Shown here: positions 27,885-36,610 of the stretch, piece by piece | How positions within the stretch are numbered: the stretch's first letter is position 1 | How the letters are laid out: each line of letters starts with the position of its first letter | Assembly: GCA_043741515.1 (NCBI GenBank) | Contig: JAYUAE010000171.1 | Location: 1 to 46,012, forward strand | From: Candidatus Eiseniibacteriota bacterium | GTDB lineage: Bacteria; Eisenbacteria; RBG-16-71-46; SZUA-252 | Reading direction: 5' to 3' | Length of the DNA stretch: 46,012 bases | Position numbers and translations under genes: made by a program | The notes under the pieces: generated by a model | What the model was told of the DNA's origin: nothing | What the model saw: only the letters and a program-made list of their open reading frames with translations | Databases searched by the model: none

Positions 27885-29512
27885 TTCGTCGACTGGTGGA
27901 TGACCAGGTAGACGGTGGCGATCTGGGCAACGAAGGCCACCACGTTGCCGGCTGATTTGGTGAAGCCCACGTGCCCGCGCTCCGGCACCCACACGAGATC
28001 GCCGTCGTCGATCGTTGCCACATCGGCAACGCGCACCGGCTGCCCGGTCGCCACCTTCGTCACGCGCACCCTTCCGCGATCCGCGCGCTTGCCGTAGCCG
28101 CCGGCCTCCCGCACGTAATCCTCCAGCTTCGCCCCCGGCCGGTACGACACCGCTCCGGGCTGGCGCACCGCACCGTAGATCGCGACCGAGCCGGTGCGTG
28201 TGGGGATGCTCAGGACGTCGCCGTCCAGAAACTCGAAGTCGGCGGCCGCGTCCCGTCCCGCGACGAGCGTCCGGAACCGGGTCGAGAGGTTGCCCTGCGC
28301 CTGGGCGTGGGCCTTGAGAAAGGCCGCGTCCTCACGGTCGGACGCTCCGGCCCGGAGCGTACTGACGTAGGCGCTGTCCCGCGTCGGAAGCAGGCCCGGA
28401 CGGAACACCGTGGCGCTGCTGAGATCCGCGTAGCGGGTGAAGCCCCCGAAGCGGGCGATGAGCTCGGTGGCACGCTCCCCCTGGGGTAGTATCGCATAGC
28501 TGCCCGGACGCGCGGCCTCGCCCACGACCCGGACGGTGGCGCCGCGATGCCAGTCCGAGATGCCGCGAACGTAGATCCGGTCATCGGGCGTAAGGACCGG
28601 ATCGGAGGGGCTGCCCGGCGCTCCGAGCGCGGCCCGGAGAGAAAGGGTCAGAGGGCGAGACTCGGCGGACGAAACGAAGCGCCAGACTTCCACGCTCTCG
28701 GTATCGGCTCCGGCCCGCGTCCCTCCCGCGAGCGCCAGGATCCCGCTCAGGCGATCCCCGGGACGGAACTCGAGCGGGCCGGGGCGGGCCACCTCGCCCC
28801 GAACCTCGATCGAATGCAACGCGGCCGGGACGAGCACGATGTCACCGTCGTCGAGATAGGGGTTCTCCGCCGGCAATCCGAGGACGGCATACCGCTCGAG
28901 ATCGGCGCTCTCCGTGGAGCCGCCGGACCGCTGCACGACCAGGTTCCGCCTCGAAGCCCCGGAAGTGAATCCCTGGGCGGCCTTCACCGCCTCCGAGACG
29001 CGCGCCGGCCCCTGAAGCTCCGCCAGCCCGGGCCTCACAACCTCGCCGGCGACGTGGATGAGGATTCGCCTGGGCTTGAGCAAGGTGATATCGGCCTGCA
29101 CGCCTCGATACGACTTCCTGAACTCTTCCGCGAGTCGTGCGCGCGCAGCGACGATGCTGAGACCCGCCACCCGCACGTGCCCCAGATTCGGAACGTAGAT
29201 CGAGCCCTCGGCGTTCACGGAAACCGGGACGCGGGCGGTGACGCGCCCGAAGAGCGCGACCTCGAGCTCGTCCCCCGGCCCGAGCTTGTATCGCGCGGGA
29301 TCCACAGGCCCTTCCAGCGGAGGGAAGTCTACCGGCATGCGGACCAGGTTCCGGGAATCGCGAGCGTCCCTCGTGGGCATCTGGGAATTCAACGCGTCAG
29401 GGTCCTGGCCCTGGGCGGAAACTCCCCCGGCGAAGGCGAGACAGACCATGAAGGGGAGGAGTAGGAGAAGGCTGGATCTCGAGAATCGCAAGTGGCTTCC
29501 TGGTTGGGTCAT
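27881..29512 (-). CDS. wza: polysaccharide export protein (Wza-like, Poly_export plus several SLBB-like repeats)
   Basis: Signal peptide (SLLLLLPFMVCLAFAGGVSAQ). YKLGPGDELEVALFG...AEGSIYVPNLGHVRVAGLS (Poly_export). Repeated VxVxGEVxxPG units (IHVAGEVVRPG, IEVRGEVARPG, VRVVGEAARPG, VAIYGAVRQPG). Start at ATG 29512. Confidence 0.85.
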   Translation of the reverse strand: MTQPGSHLRFSRSSLLLLLPFMVCLAFAGGVSAQGQDPDALNSQMPTRDARDSRNLVRMPVDFPPLEGPVDPARYKLGPGDELEVALFGRVTARVPVSVNAEGSIYVPNLGHVRVAGLSIVAARARLAEEFRKSYRGVQADITLLKPRRILIHVAGEVVRPGLAELQGPARVSEAVKAAQGFTSGASRRNLVVQRSGGSTESADLERYAVLGLPAENPYLDDGDIVLVPAALHSIEVRGEVARPGPLEFRPGDRLSGILALAGGTRAGADTESVEVWRFVSSAESRPLTLSLRAALGAPGSPSDPVLTPDDRIYVRGISDWHRGATVRVVGEAARPGSYAILPQGERATELIARFGGFTRYADLSSATVFRPGLLPTRDSAYVSTLRAGASDREDAAFLKAHAQAQGNLSTRFRTLVAGRDAAADFEFLDGDVLSIPTRTGSVAIYGAVRQPGAVSYRPGAKLEDYVREAGGYGKRADRGRVRVTKVATGQPVRVADVATIDDGDLVWVPERGHVGFTKSAGNVVAFVAQIATVYLVIHQSTK

Positions 29513-29524
29513 TCCGACCGATGG

Positions 29525-29553
29525 AGGATAGGTTTCCGCTCGCGGCCTGTCAA
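29525..29553 (-). promoter_or_regulatory. candidate sigma-70 promoter of the wza-to-GT4 operon (TTGACA-N17-TATCCT)
   Basis: Reverse strand reads gcgaaTTGACAggccgcgagcggaaaccTATCCTccatcggtcggaATG. The -35 is at 29548-29553 and the -10 at 29525-29530, 12 nt before the ATG. Confidence 0.45.
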
Positions 29554-29625
29554 TTCGCATCCCCCCGCGATGGGCCGCAATCCTACTGGAAATGCGGCGC
29601 TCGTGCCCACAATCCGTGCGCCGCG

Positions 29626-31095
29626 TCACCGCTTCGCCGGAAGCAGCGCCATTCCCCGGCGCCATGCTACCCGCCACTCGTCCGGCCGCACCACCAGCGC
29701 CGCCCAGACCGCCAGCGCGAGAACGCCCAGCGCCACGCCGGCCGCGCTGCGCGGCGTGAACGCACCCAGCCCCCCCAGGAGCGCGAACGAGGCGAGAAGC
29801 AGGCGGCGGTTGTCGGGCCCGAGGTGGAAGCGGAGCGCCTTTCGCGCGAGCGCATAGTGGAGCGCGGCATGACTCACGTGCGCGGCCACGTACGCAACCA
29901 CGACGCTCCGGAGCCCGATCCGGTCCACGAGAAGCGAGAAGGTCACGAGCATCGTGATCCCGTACACCAGGTCGAAGAGCACCCACGGCCTCAGGCGGTT
30001 CCTGGGCACGAGCCATATCCCGCACATCCACGCGATCGTTCGAAAGTAATCCCCCAGGAACTGGAGCGGGAGCAGGTCGAGGGCCGGGAGGAACTTCCCC
30101 GAGTAGAAGAGGGGGATCCAGATCGGCGCGCCCGCCAGCATGGCCCCGCCGGCGGCGGTCATCAGGAGGAGTCCGAGCCGCAGCGATTGGACCATGGTGG
30201 CCGCCGTCTCCGCGTCGCTCCGGTGCGCCGCGATCTGCGGCCACACGATCGCGGTGATGGAGTTCAAGATGAGCGGCATGTAGAGCCCCGAAATCCCGAC
30301 GCAGACCTGGTAGATGCCGTTGGGCGTGAGCCCCATCTTCGAAACGAGCACCGATCTCACGATGAGGAGCACGAGAGTCGAGGAGAGCCCCACGAGGAGC
30401 GCGCTCGATCCGTATCGCATGAGGGGACGGAGGAGCGCGCGATCGATGCGGGGACTCTCGGGGGCGCGGGAGCGATCGCCCCCGGTGACCGGCGCGTTCC
30501 TGCGCACCATCCACCCGCTCGCGAGCACGTACACCGCCGCCACGACGACGAGCTGCGACACCGCGCCCGGCAGGCGGAAGAGCACCGCCAGCGGCACGAT
30601 CGTGACGATGGACGCCAGGGCGATGATGCCGTTCAGGCCGGCCATGGCCTTCACCGCCTCGTACCCTTGCAGGATCGAGACCCGCAGCGACGCGATGGCG
30701 GACAGCGGGACGACCGCGGCGCCGACAAGGACCACCCACGTCCAGCGCTGGTCGTGGTAGAGCGCGGCGGCGAGCCAGGGAGCCGCAAGGGCGGTGAGCG
30801 CCGCGAGGGTGAGCCCGACGATCCAGGTGAGCGTGAGCGCCGTGGAGCGCACGCGATTCGCCCGGAGAAGATCTCCGCGGGAGCGGGCGCTGGCGATCAT
30901 CGCCGTCACGCCGTTCCCGAGCCCGATCGTGGCGAGCGGAACGAGGGTGGCGGTGAGCGTGGAGAGCTGCGCCAGAAGCCCCGTGCCCGCGGGACCCAGG
31001 AACGCGGCCAGGATCTTCGCGCGGAGGATGGCCGCGACTACCGTGGCGGCCGAGCCGAGCCCCATGAGGGCGGTCGACCGGATCAGGCGGCGCAC
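29626..31095 (-). CDS. wzx: Wzx-like oligosaccharide flippase (polysaccharide transporter/MOP superfamily)
   Basis: LIRSTALMGLGSAATVVAAILRAKILAAFLGPAGTGLLAQ followed by about 12-14 TM helices. GTG 31095 (or ATG 31065) is chosen so the gene does not run into rfbB. Confidence 0.7.
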   Translation of the reverse strand: MRRLIRSTALMGLGSAATVVAAILRAKILAAFLGPAGTGLLAQLSTLTATLVPLATIGLGNGVTAMIASARSRGDLLRANRVRSTALTLTWIVGLTLAALTALAAPWLAAALYHDQRWTWVVLVGAAVVPLSAIASLRVSILQGYEAVKAMAGLNGIIALASIVTIVPLAVLFRLPGAVSQLVVVAAVYVLASGWMVRRNAPVTGGDRSRAPESPRIDRALLRPLMRYGSSALLVGLSSTLVLLIVRSVLVSKMGLTPNGIYQVCVGISGLYMPLILNSITAIVWPQIAAHRSDAETAATMVQSLRLGLLLMTAAGGAMLAGAPIWIPLFYSGKFLPALDLLPLQFLGDYFRTIAWMCGIWLVPRNRLRPWVLFDLVYGITMLVTFSLLVDRIGLRSVVVAYVAAHVSHAALHYALARKALRFHLGPDNRRLLLASFALLGGLGAFTPRSAAGVALGVLALAVWAALVVRPDEWRVAWRRGMALLPAKR

Positions 31096-31115
31096 GGGGT
31101 TTCGTGAGCCTCGCC

Positions 31116-32168
31116 CTAGCGGGCTCCGTACATGCGCTCGTAGTAGTGTCGGTACTCTCCGGAGCGGACCGATTCCCACCAGGCGCGGTTCTGCGCGTAC
31201 CAGTCGATCGTGGCGGCGATTCCGCGCTCGAACGGGATCGCGGGCGAAAAACCGGTCTTCTTCTCGAGCTTCGTCATGTCCAGCGCATAGCGGCGGTCGT
31301 GTCCGGGCCGGTCGGTGACGTGCTTCACCAGGCTCTGCGGCTTTTTCAGGCGGTCGAGGATGAGGCCCGTGATCTCCAGAACCGATTTCTCGTTTCCGGC
31401 GCCGATGTTGAAGGTCTCCCCCTCCACGCCGGGCGCCTGGAGAATGGAGATCACCGCCGAGCAGTGATCGTCCACGTGGATCCAGTCGCGCGTGTTCTTC
31501 CCGCTGCCGTAGACCGGCACGGGCAGGTCCTGGATCGCGTTCGTGACGAAGAGTGGAATCAGCTTCTCGGGATGCTGGTTGGGCCCGTAGTTGTTGCTGC
31601 AGCGGGTGACGACGGCCGGCACACCGTACGTGGCGAAGTAGGAATACGCCAGCCGCTCGCCTCCGATCTTCGAGGCGGCGTAAGGATTCCGCGCCAGGAG
31701 CGGCGACTCCTCCGTCGCCGCGTCGCCCAGGATCTCGCCGTAGACCTCGTCGGTCGATACCTGGATGAAGCGGCGCACGTTCGCGCGGCGCGTCTCCTCG
31801 AGCAGCACGTAGACCCCGAACGTGTCGGTGAGCACGAACTCGTGGGCCCGCTCGATCGAGCGGTCCACGTGAGTCTCGGCCGCGAAATTGACCACGAGAT
31901 CGCAGCCCGCCATGGCGTCCGCGACCGCCTTCGCGTCGCAGATGTCCCCCTTCACGAACCGGTAGCCGGGATCACCGGCGAGCGACTCGAGGTTCGCGAG
32001 GTTGCCCGCGTAGGTGAGCTTGTCCAGCACGGTGACCCGGGAGTCGGGGAACCGCTTCCGGATCATGCGCACGAAATTCGATCCGATGAACCCCGCGCCC
32101 CCGGTGACCAGGAATCGGGCCCGCGTGAGATCCGGCGCGCCGCTCGCGCTTCCTTCCGCCTCAGCCAT
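31116..32168 (-). CDS. rfbB: dTDP-glucose 4,6-dehydratase
   Basis: VTGGAGFIGSNFV, LDKLTYAGN, NFAAETHVDRS, STDEVYG, NPYAASKIGGE, CSNNYGPNQHPEKLIP, RDWIHVDDH, DRPGHDRRYALD. Confidence 0.92.
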   Translation of the reverse strand: MAEAEGSASGAPDLTRARFLVTGGAGFIGSNFVRMIRKRFPDSRVTVLDKLTYAGNLANLESLAGDPGYRFVKGDICDAKAVADAMAGCDLVVNFAAETHVDRSIERAHEFVLTDTFGVYVLLEETRRANVRRFIQVSTDEVYGEILGDAATEESPLLARNPYAASKIGGERLAYSYFATYGVPAVVTRCSNNYGPNQHPEKLIPLFVTNAIQDLPVPVYGSGKNTRDWIHVDDHCSAVISILQAPGVEGETFNIGAGNEKSVLEITGLILDRLKKPQSLVKHVTDRPGHDRRYALDMTKLEKKTGFSPAIPFERGIAATIDWYAQNRAWWESVRSGEYRHYYERMYGAR

Positions 32169-32622
32169 CCTTCCGGTCCCAATCGTAGGGAATGTCCTTC
32201 GTGTGCGGATCGATCCGGTACTCGTCCGGCTTGTCGTACTTGTAGACCTCGGTCGGCACGTTCACGAGCATCGCGGGCTCGGTCCCGATGCCCTTCATCC
32301 CGTGCACGACGCCCGGCGGGATGGTGACGAGAATGGGGTTCTTCTCCCCCATGAAGAACTCGTTGATGAGCCCCTTCGTGGGAGAGCCGTCGCGCTGGTC
32401 GTAGAGCACCACCTTCATCATCCCCTTCACGATCACGAAGTGGTCGGTCTGCACCTTGTGGAAGTGCCAGCCCTTCACCACGCCGGGATAGGCCACCGAG
32501 ACGTAGGACTGCCCGAAGCGCTGGAAGAAGGGATCGTCGGAGCGCATCATCTCCATGAGATACCCGCGCTCGTCCGCGATGATCTTCAGCGGCTTCACGT
32601 TGACGCCTTCGATCAGCTTCAT
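32161..32622 (-). CDS. RmlC-like cupin (dTDP-4-dehydrorhamnose 3,5-epimerase family; a 3,4-ketoisomerase role cannot be excluded)
   Basis: 153 aa: ERGYLMEMMR, VKGWHFHKVQTDHFVIVKGMMKVVLYD, IPPGVVHGM. ATG 32622 shares 1 nt with the ugd stop. Overlaps rfbB by 8 nt. Confidence 0.7.
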   Translation of the reverse strand: MKLIEGVNVKPLKIIADERGYLMEMMRSDDPFFQRFGQSYVSVAYPGVVKGWHFHKVQTDHFVIVKGMMKVVLYDQRDGSPTKGLINEFFMGEKNPILVTIPPGVVHGMKGIGTEPAMLVNVPTEVYKYDKPDEYRIDPHTKDIPYDWDRKDG

Positions 32623-33926
32623 CAAGCCCTCCCCACGGAGGCGTACTGGAATCCGAGCCGTCGCACGGTCTCGGGATCGTACACGTTCCTGAGATCCACG
32701 ATGGAGCGCCGGCGCATCGCGCGCCGGATCTTCACCAGATCCAGCTTCCGGAACTCGTTCCACTCGGTCACGAGAACCAGGACGTCGGCTCCCTTCGCGG
32801 CATCGTAGGCGTTGGCGCCGAACGTGACTTCCGAGGGCACCTCGTTGTTCCCGCGCCGCACGGCGGGATCGTACGCCCGCACGCGGATCCCCCTCTGGAG
32901 CAGCGCGCGGATGATGTCGAGCGCGGGCGATTCGCGGAGATCGTCCGTATCCGGTTTGTAGGAGAGGCCCAGGATGGCCACCGTATGCGGCCCGCGTCCT
33001 GATAATGCGTCGAGCGCCTTCTCGACCGCGATCTTTCGCTGCGCCTTGTTGGTCTCGATCACGGCCCCCACGACCCGGAGCTTGACCCCCGCGGCCTTCG
33101 CGAAGGCCTTGAGCGCCACCGTGTCCTTGGGAAGGCAGGAGCCGCCGAAGCCGGGGCCCGGGTGCAGGAACTTGGGCCCGATGCGACGGTCGAGCCCCAT
33201 CCCCTTTGCGATGTCCCGGATATCGGCTCCGACCGCCTCGGCGAGATTCGCCATCTCGTTCACGAAGGAGATCTTCGTCGCGAGGAACGCGTTGGCGGCG
33301 TATTTCAGCAGCTCCGCGGTGCGAATGTCGGTGAGCACGGCCGGCGTCTCGAGAAGGTACAGAGGCGCGTAGATACTCCGGAGCAGATTGCGCGCGCGCT
33401 CGGTATCGGCGCCGATCACGATGCGGTCGGGGCGCATGAAGTTCTCGACCGCCTGCCCCTCGCGCAGAAATTCGGGGTTGGAAGCCACGTCGAAGGAAAC
33501 CCGCCGCTTGGCGTGCTTCTTCATGATCGCCTGCACCTTGTCTCCGGTGCCCACCGGAACGGTGCTCTTCTGCACCACCAGCCGGTAGCCGGGCATCGCC
33601 TTCGCCACGGCCTTCGCCACGGCGAAGACCGCTCTGAGATCAGCGGTCCCGTCCCGGCGCGGCGGTGTGCCGACGCAGGTGAAGATGACCTCGCCCCAGC
33701 GCGTCGCCTGCTCGAGCGAGGTGCCGAACCGAAGCCTCCGTTCGCGCACGTTCCGCGCGACGAGATCCTTCAAGCCGGGCTCGTAGAACGGAATCTCTCC
33801 GCGCTCCAGGAGATCGATCTTGGCGCGATCGACGTCCACACAGAGCACCTCGTTCCCGAAGTCGGCGAGGCCTGCCCCGCTCACGAGCCCCACGTAGCCG
33901 GTCCCCACCACGACGATCCGCAACAT
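32622..33926 (-). CDS. ugd: UDP-glucose 6-dehydrogenase
   Basis: VVGTGYVGLVSG, CVGTP, NPEFLREG, GFGGSCLPKD (catalytic Cys), GLSYKPDTDDLRESPA. AAAGGGGGGA precedes the ATG. Confidence 0.92.
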   Translation of the reverse strand: MLRIVVVGTGYVGLVSGAGLADFGNEVLCVDVDRAKIDLLERGEIPFYEPGLKDLVARNVRERRLRFGTSLEQATRWGEVIFTCVGTPPRRDGTADLRAVFAVAKAVAKAMPGYRLVVQKSTVPVGTGDKVQAIMKKHAKRRVSFDVASNPEFLREGQAVENFMRPDRIVIGADTERARNLLRSIYAPLYLLETPAVLTDIRTAELLKYAANAFLATKISFVNEMANLAEAVGADIRDIAKGMGLDRRIGPKFLHPGPGFGGSCLPKDTVALKAFAKAAGVKLRVVGAVIETNKAQRKIAVEKALDALSGRGPHTVAILGLSYKPDTDDLRESPALDIIRALLQRGIRVRAYDPAVRRGNNEVPSEVTFGANAYDAAKGADVLVLVTEWNEFRKLDLVKIRRAMRRRSIVDLRNVYDPETVRRLGFQYASVGRA

Positions 33927-33935
33927 TCCCCCCTT

Positions 33936-34910
33936 TCAGGTTCCCGTTTCGCGACGCACCCGCTCGCGCGCTTCCTTGTAGATGTCGTTCAGCGTCTGCT
34001 CGATCGGGATCTCCGGCGTCCAGCCGGTCTTGCTCTGGATCTTGCCGGGATCTCCGACGAGAAAGTCGGAATCCCGGGACCGCATGCGTGTCGGGTCCTG
34101 GACGATCGTGGGCTTGAACCCCGCGACGGAGCACAGAATGTCGAGGATGTGCCGCATGATGTGCCCGTGACCGGTGCAGACATTATAGGCTTCGCCCCGC
34201 TCTCCGTGCTCGAAAAGGAGCCGGTACGCCCGAACGACGTCGCGAACGTCCCCGTAGTCGCGCACCCCCTCGAGATTCCCCGCCTTGATCTCCGCCGTGA
34301 CCAGACCGGCGTGGATGCGCGCGAGCTGATCGGCGAAGCCCGCGATCGCGAACCGCGGATTCTGACCCGGACCGGTGTGGCTGAACGTGCGCGTCCGGAT
34401 CACGTGAAGCCCGTAGCTCTGGGCGTAGAGCTCGCCCAGGGAATCCTGCGCCGCCTTGCTCAGGGCGTATGCGTTCATCGGACGGATCGGCGCGTCCTCG
34501 CGGATCTTCTGCCCCGGAGCTCCCGTGCCGTACACGTCCGCGGATCCGACGAGCAGGATGGTGGCTTCCGGCGCCTCCGTCCGCGCCGCCTCCAAAATGT
34601 TCAGGGCGCCGAGCGCGTTCACCCGGTAGGTCTCGGCGGGGCGCTGGATGGATTCGGAGCCGGAGGCCTGCGCGGCCAGGTGCACGATCCGGTCCGGCTT
34701 CGATTCCAGGATACATCCGCGAACCTGTTCGAAGTTGGTGACGTCGAGAGGCCGGTGGCTCTTGAGGTGGCAGCGAAGCACCTCGTCCGCCTCGGAATCC
34801 CCGAGCGCCACCTGGTCGGCGCCGTTCAGCTCCTCGCTCGGGTCCTGCGCCAGCTCGCGCGCGAGGTGGCGCCCCACGAAGCCCGAGACGCCGGTGATGA
34901 TCGTTCGCAA
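33936..34910 (-). CDS. rmd: GDP-4-dehydro-6-deoxy-D-mannose reductase (Rmd-like)
   Basis: ITGVSGFVGRHL, HLAAQAS, NAYALSKAAQD, FSHTGPGQNPRF, GNLEGVRDYGDVRDVVRAY (the Gmd/Rmd family, Rmd-type NHxGPGQ variant). TTG start at 34910, 4 nt after the gmd stop. Confidence 0.7.
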   Translation of the reverse strand: MRTIITGVSGFVGRHLARELAQDPSEELNGADQVALGDSEADEVLRCHLKSHRPLDVTNFEQVRGCILESKPDRIVHLAAQASGSESIQRPAETYRVNALGALNILEAARTEAPEATILLVGSADVYGTGAPGQKIREDAPIRPMNAYALSKAAQDSLGELYAQSYGLHVIRTRTFSHTGPGQNPRFAIAGFADQLARIHAGLVTAEIKAGNLEGVRDYGDVRDVVRAYRLLFEHGERGEAYNVCTGHGHIMRHILDILCSVAGFKPTIVQDPTRMRSRDSDFLVGDPGKIQSKTGWTPEIPIEQTLNDIYKEARERVRRETGT

Positions 34911-34914
34911 GGGA

Positions 34915-35868
34915 CTACCGCGCCCGCCAGTATTCCAGGAGATCGCGCAGGGTCGTCTCGAACGGGATCGTGGGAGCCCAGCCGGTCGCCTTGCGGAACC
35001 TCCCGGCATCTCCGAGAAGGACGGGCACGTCCGAAGGACGCATGCGCGCGGGATCCTGCTCCACCTTCACCTTCGCCTTCGTCATGCCGAGCAGGAGGTC
35101 GAGCATGGCGCGGATCGTCCAGTCGCGACCGGAGCAGATGTTGTACACCTCGCCCGCCTCGCCCTTCTCCAGCGCCAGCCAGTAGGCCCGCACCACGTCG
35201 CGCACGTCGGTGAAGTCGCGCCGCGCGTCCAGGTTGCCGACGCGGATCACCGGCGGGCGCCGTCCCTTCTCGATGTCGGCGATCTGCTTGGCGAAATCCG
35301 AGCACACGAAGACGGGTCCGCGCCTCGGTCCCTCGTGATTGAAGCCGCGCGTGCGGATGACGGGGAGCTTGAAGCTCATGAAGTACTGGTAGCCCAGCAT
35401 GTCCTGTCCCACCTTGCTCACCGCGTAGGGAGAGAGCGGGCGGAGCGGGTTCGTCTCGCGGATCGGAAGCTCGTTCTCGTGGACCATGCCGTACTCCTCG
35501 CTCGAGCACGCGAGCTGGATGCGCGGCATGATATGGAGCTTCTTCACGGCCTCGAAGATGTTGAGCTGGCCGATGATGTTCGTGACGAGCGACTCGGTCG
35601 GCGCGGTCCACGAGGTCGGCACGAAGCTCTGCGCCGCGAGGTGGAAGATCCAGTCGGGCCGCGCCTCGTCCAGCACGTCGCGGACGGAGGAGGCGTCGCG
35701 AAGATCGCACTCCACCATTCGCACCTGGTCCAGGAAGTGCTCGACGTTCTCGGTGCGGCTCCTCCAGCGCTGGATTCCGACGATCTCGACGTCCTTCCTC
35801 TCCGCCAGGATGTAGTCCACCAGGTGGCTGCCGGCGAATCCGGTGATCCCGGTTACCAAGACCTTCAT
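34915..35868 (-). CDS. gmd: GDP-mannose 4,6-dehydratase
   Basis: VTGITGFAGSHL, HLAAQSFV, SPYAVSKVGQD, FNHEGPRRGPVFV, VGNLDARRDFTDVRDVVRAY. GAGAGGAAC lies upstream of the ATG, only 13 nt after the pyrF stop. Confidence 0.8.
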   Translation of the reverse strand: MKVLVTGITGFAGSHLVDYILAERKDVEIVGIQRWRSRTENVEHFLDQVRMVECDLRDASSVRDVLDEARPDWIFHLAAQSFVPTSWTAPTESLVTNIIGQLNIFEAVKKLHIMPRIQLACSSEEYGMVHENELPIRETNPLRPLSPYAVSKVGQDMLGYQYFMSFKLPVIRTRGFNHEGPRRGPVFVCSDFAKQIADIEKGRRPPVIRVGNLDARRDFTDVRDVVRAYWLALEKGEAGEVYNICSGRDWTIRAMLDLLLGMTKAKVKVEQDPARMRPSDVPVLLGDAGRFRKATGWAPTIPFETTLRDLLEYWRAR

Positions 35869-35881
35869 TCGTGCGTTCCTC

Positions 35882-36610
35882 TCAGGATGACGTGATGATG
35901 ACGGTGGCCAGCATGGCGACGACCGCGGCGCTGGGATCGCTCGCTTCGAGAATGGGTCTTCCCACCACGACGAAATCGGCGCCGCGCGCGAACGCCTCGG
36001 AAAGCGATAACGTCCGCTTCTGGTCCTGAGCCTGGTCGCCGGGACCGCGGATCCCGGGGGTCACGATCAGGAACGGCGGCTCGTGCTCCAGACGGAGCGG
36101 CCCCAACTCGAGCGGCGAGGCGACCACGCCGGCGAGACCCGCCTCCTCGCACTGAGTGGCGAGGGCGAGCACCTTTTCTTCGAGATCGGTCTTGGGGTTC
36201 CAGAGCGAGGGGCACTCCGTTCCGTCCAGGCTGGTGAGCATCGTGACGCCCAGAACGCGCGGCCGGGCCGCGATCGTCCCAGCCGCCTCCGCTGCGGCGC
36301 GCAGCATCGCGGGCCCTCCGGCCGCATGCACCGTCAGCATGGAGACCGGCAGCCCCTCGAGCGCGGCGATCGCCTTCCCAACGGTGGCGGGTATGTCGTG
36401 CAGCTTGAGGTCGAGGAAGATCTTCTTGCCCCGGCCCGCCACCGCCTTCACGGCATCGCTCCCTTCGGCGCAGAAAAGCTGGAGCCCGATCTTGTACCAC
36501 AGCACCGCGTCGCCGATCCGGTCGACATGCGCCAGCGTGCTGGGGAGATCGGGCTGGTCGAGCGCGACGATCAGGCGGTCGCGCATCCCGTGCGAATCCT
36601 TGTCGTTCAC
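35882..36610 (-). CDS. pyrF: orotidine 5'-phosphate decarboxylase
   Basis: LIVALD, IFLDLKLHDIP, LTVHAAGG, VLGVTMLTS, IVTPGIR, VVGRPI. GTG 36610 overlaps the pyrD stop (GTGA); an alternative ATG is at 36586. Confidence 0.9.
   Translation of the reverse strand: MNDKDSHGMRDRLIVALDQPDLPSTLAHVDRIGDAVLWYKIGLQLFCAEGSDAVKAVAGRGKKIFLDLKLHDIPATVGKAIAALEGLPVSMLTVHAAGGPAMLRAAAEAAGTIAARPRVLGVTMLTSLDGTECPSLWNPKTDLEEKVLALATQCEEAGLAGVVASPLELGPLRLEHEPPFLIVTPGIRGPGDQAQDQKRTLSLSEAFARGADFVVVGRPILEASDPSAAVVAMLATVIITSS

Noticed and set aside
29521-35213. Long plus-strand ORFs 29521..31107 (528 aa), 31104..32327 (407 aa) and 33162..35213 (683 aa), antisense to wzx, rfbB, ugd and rmd
   Set aside because: The opposite-strand frames carry textbook enzyme motifs. 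These antisense products are His/Arg/Asp/Gly-rich with no recognisable domain.
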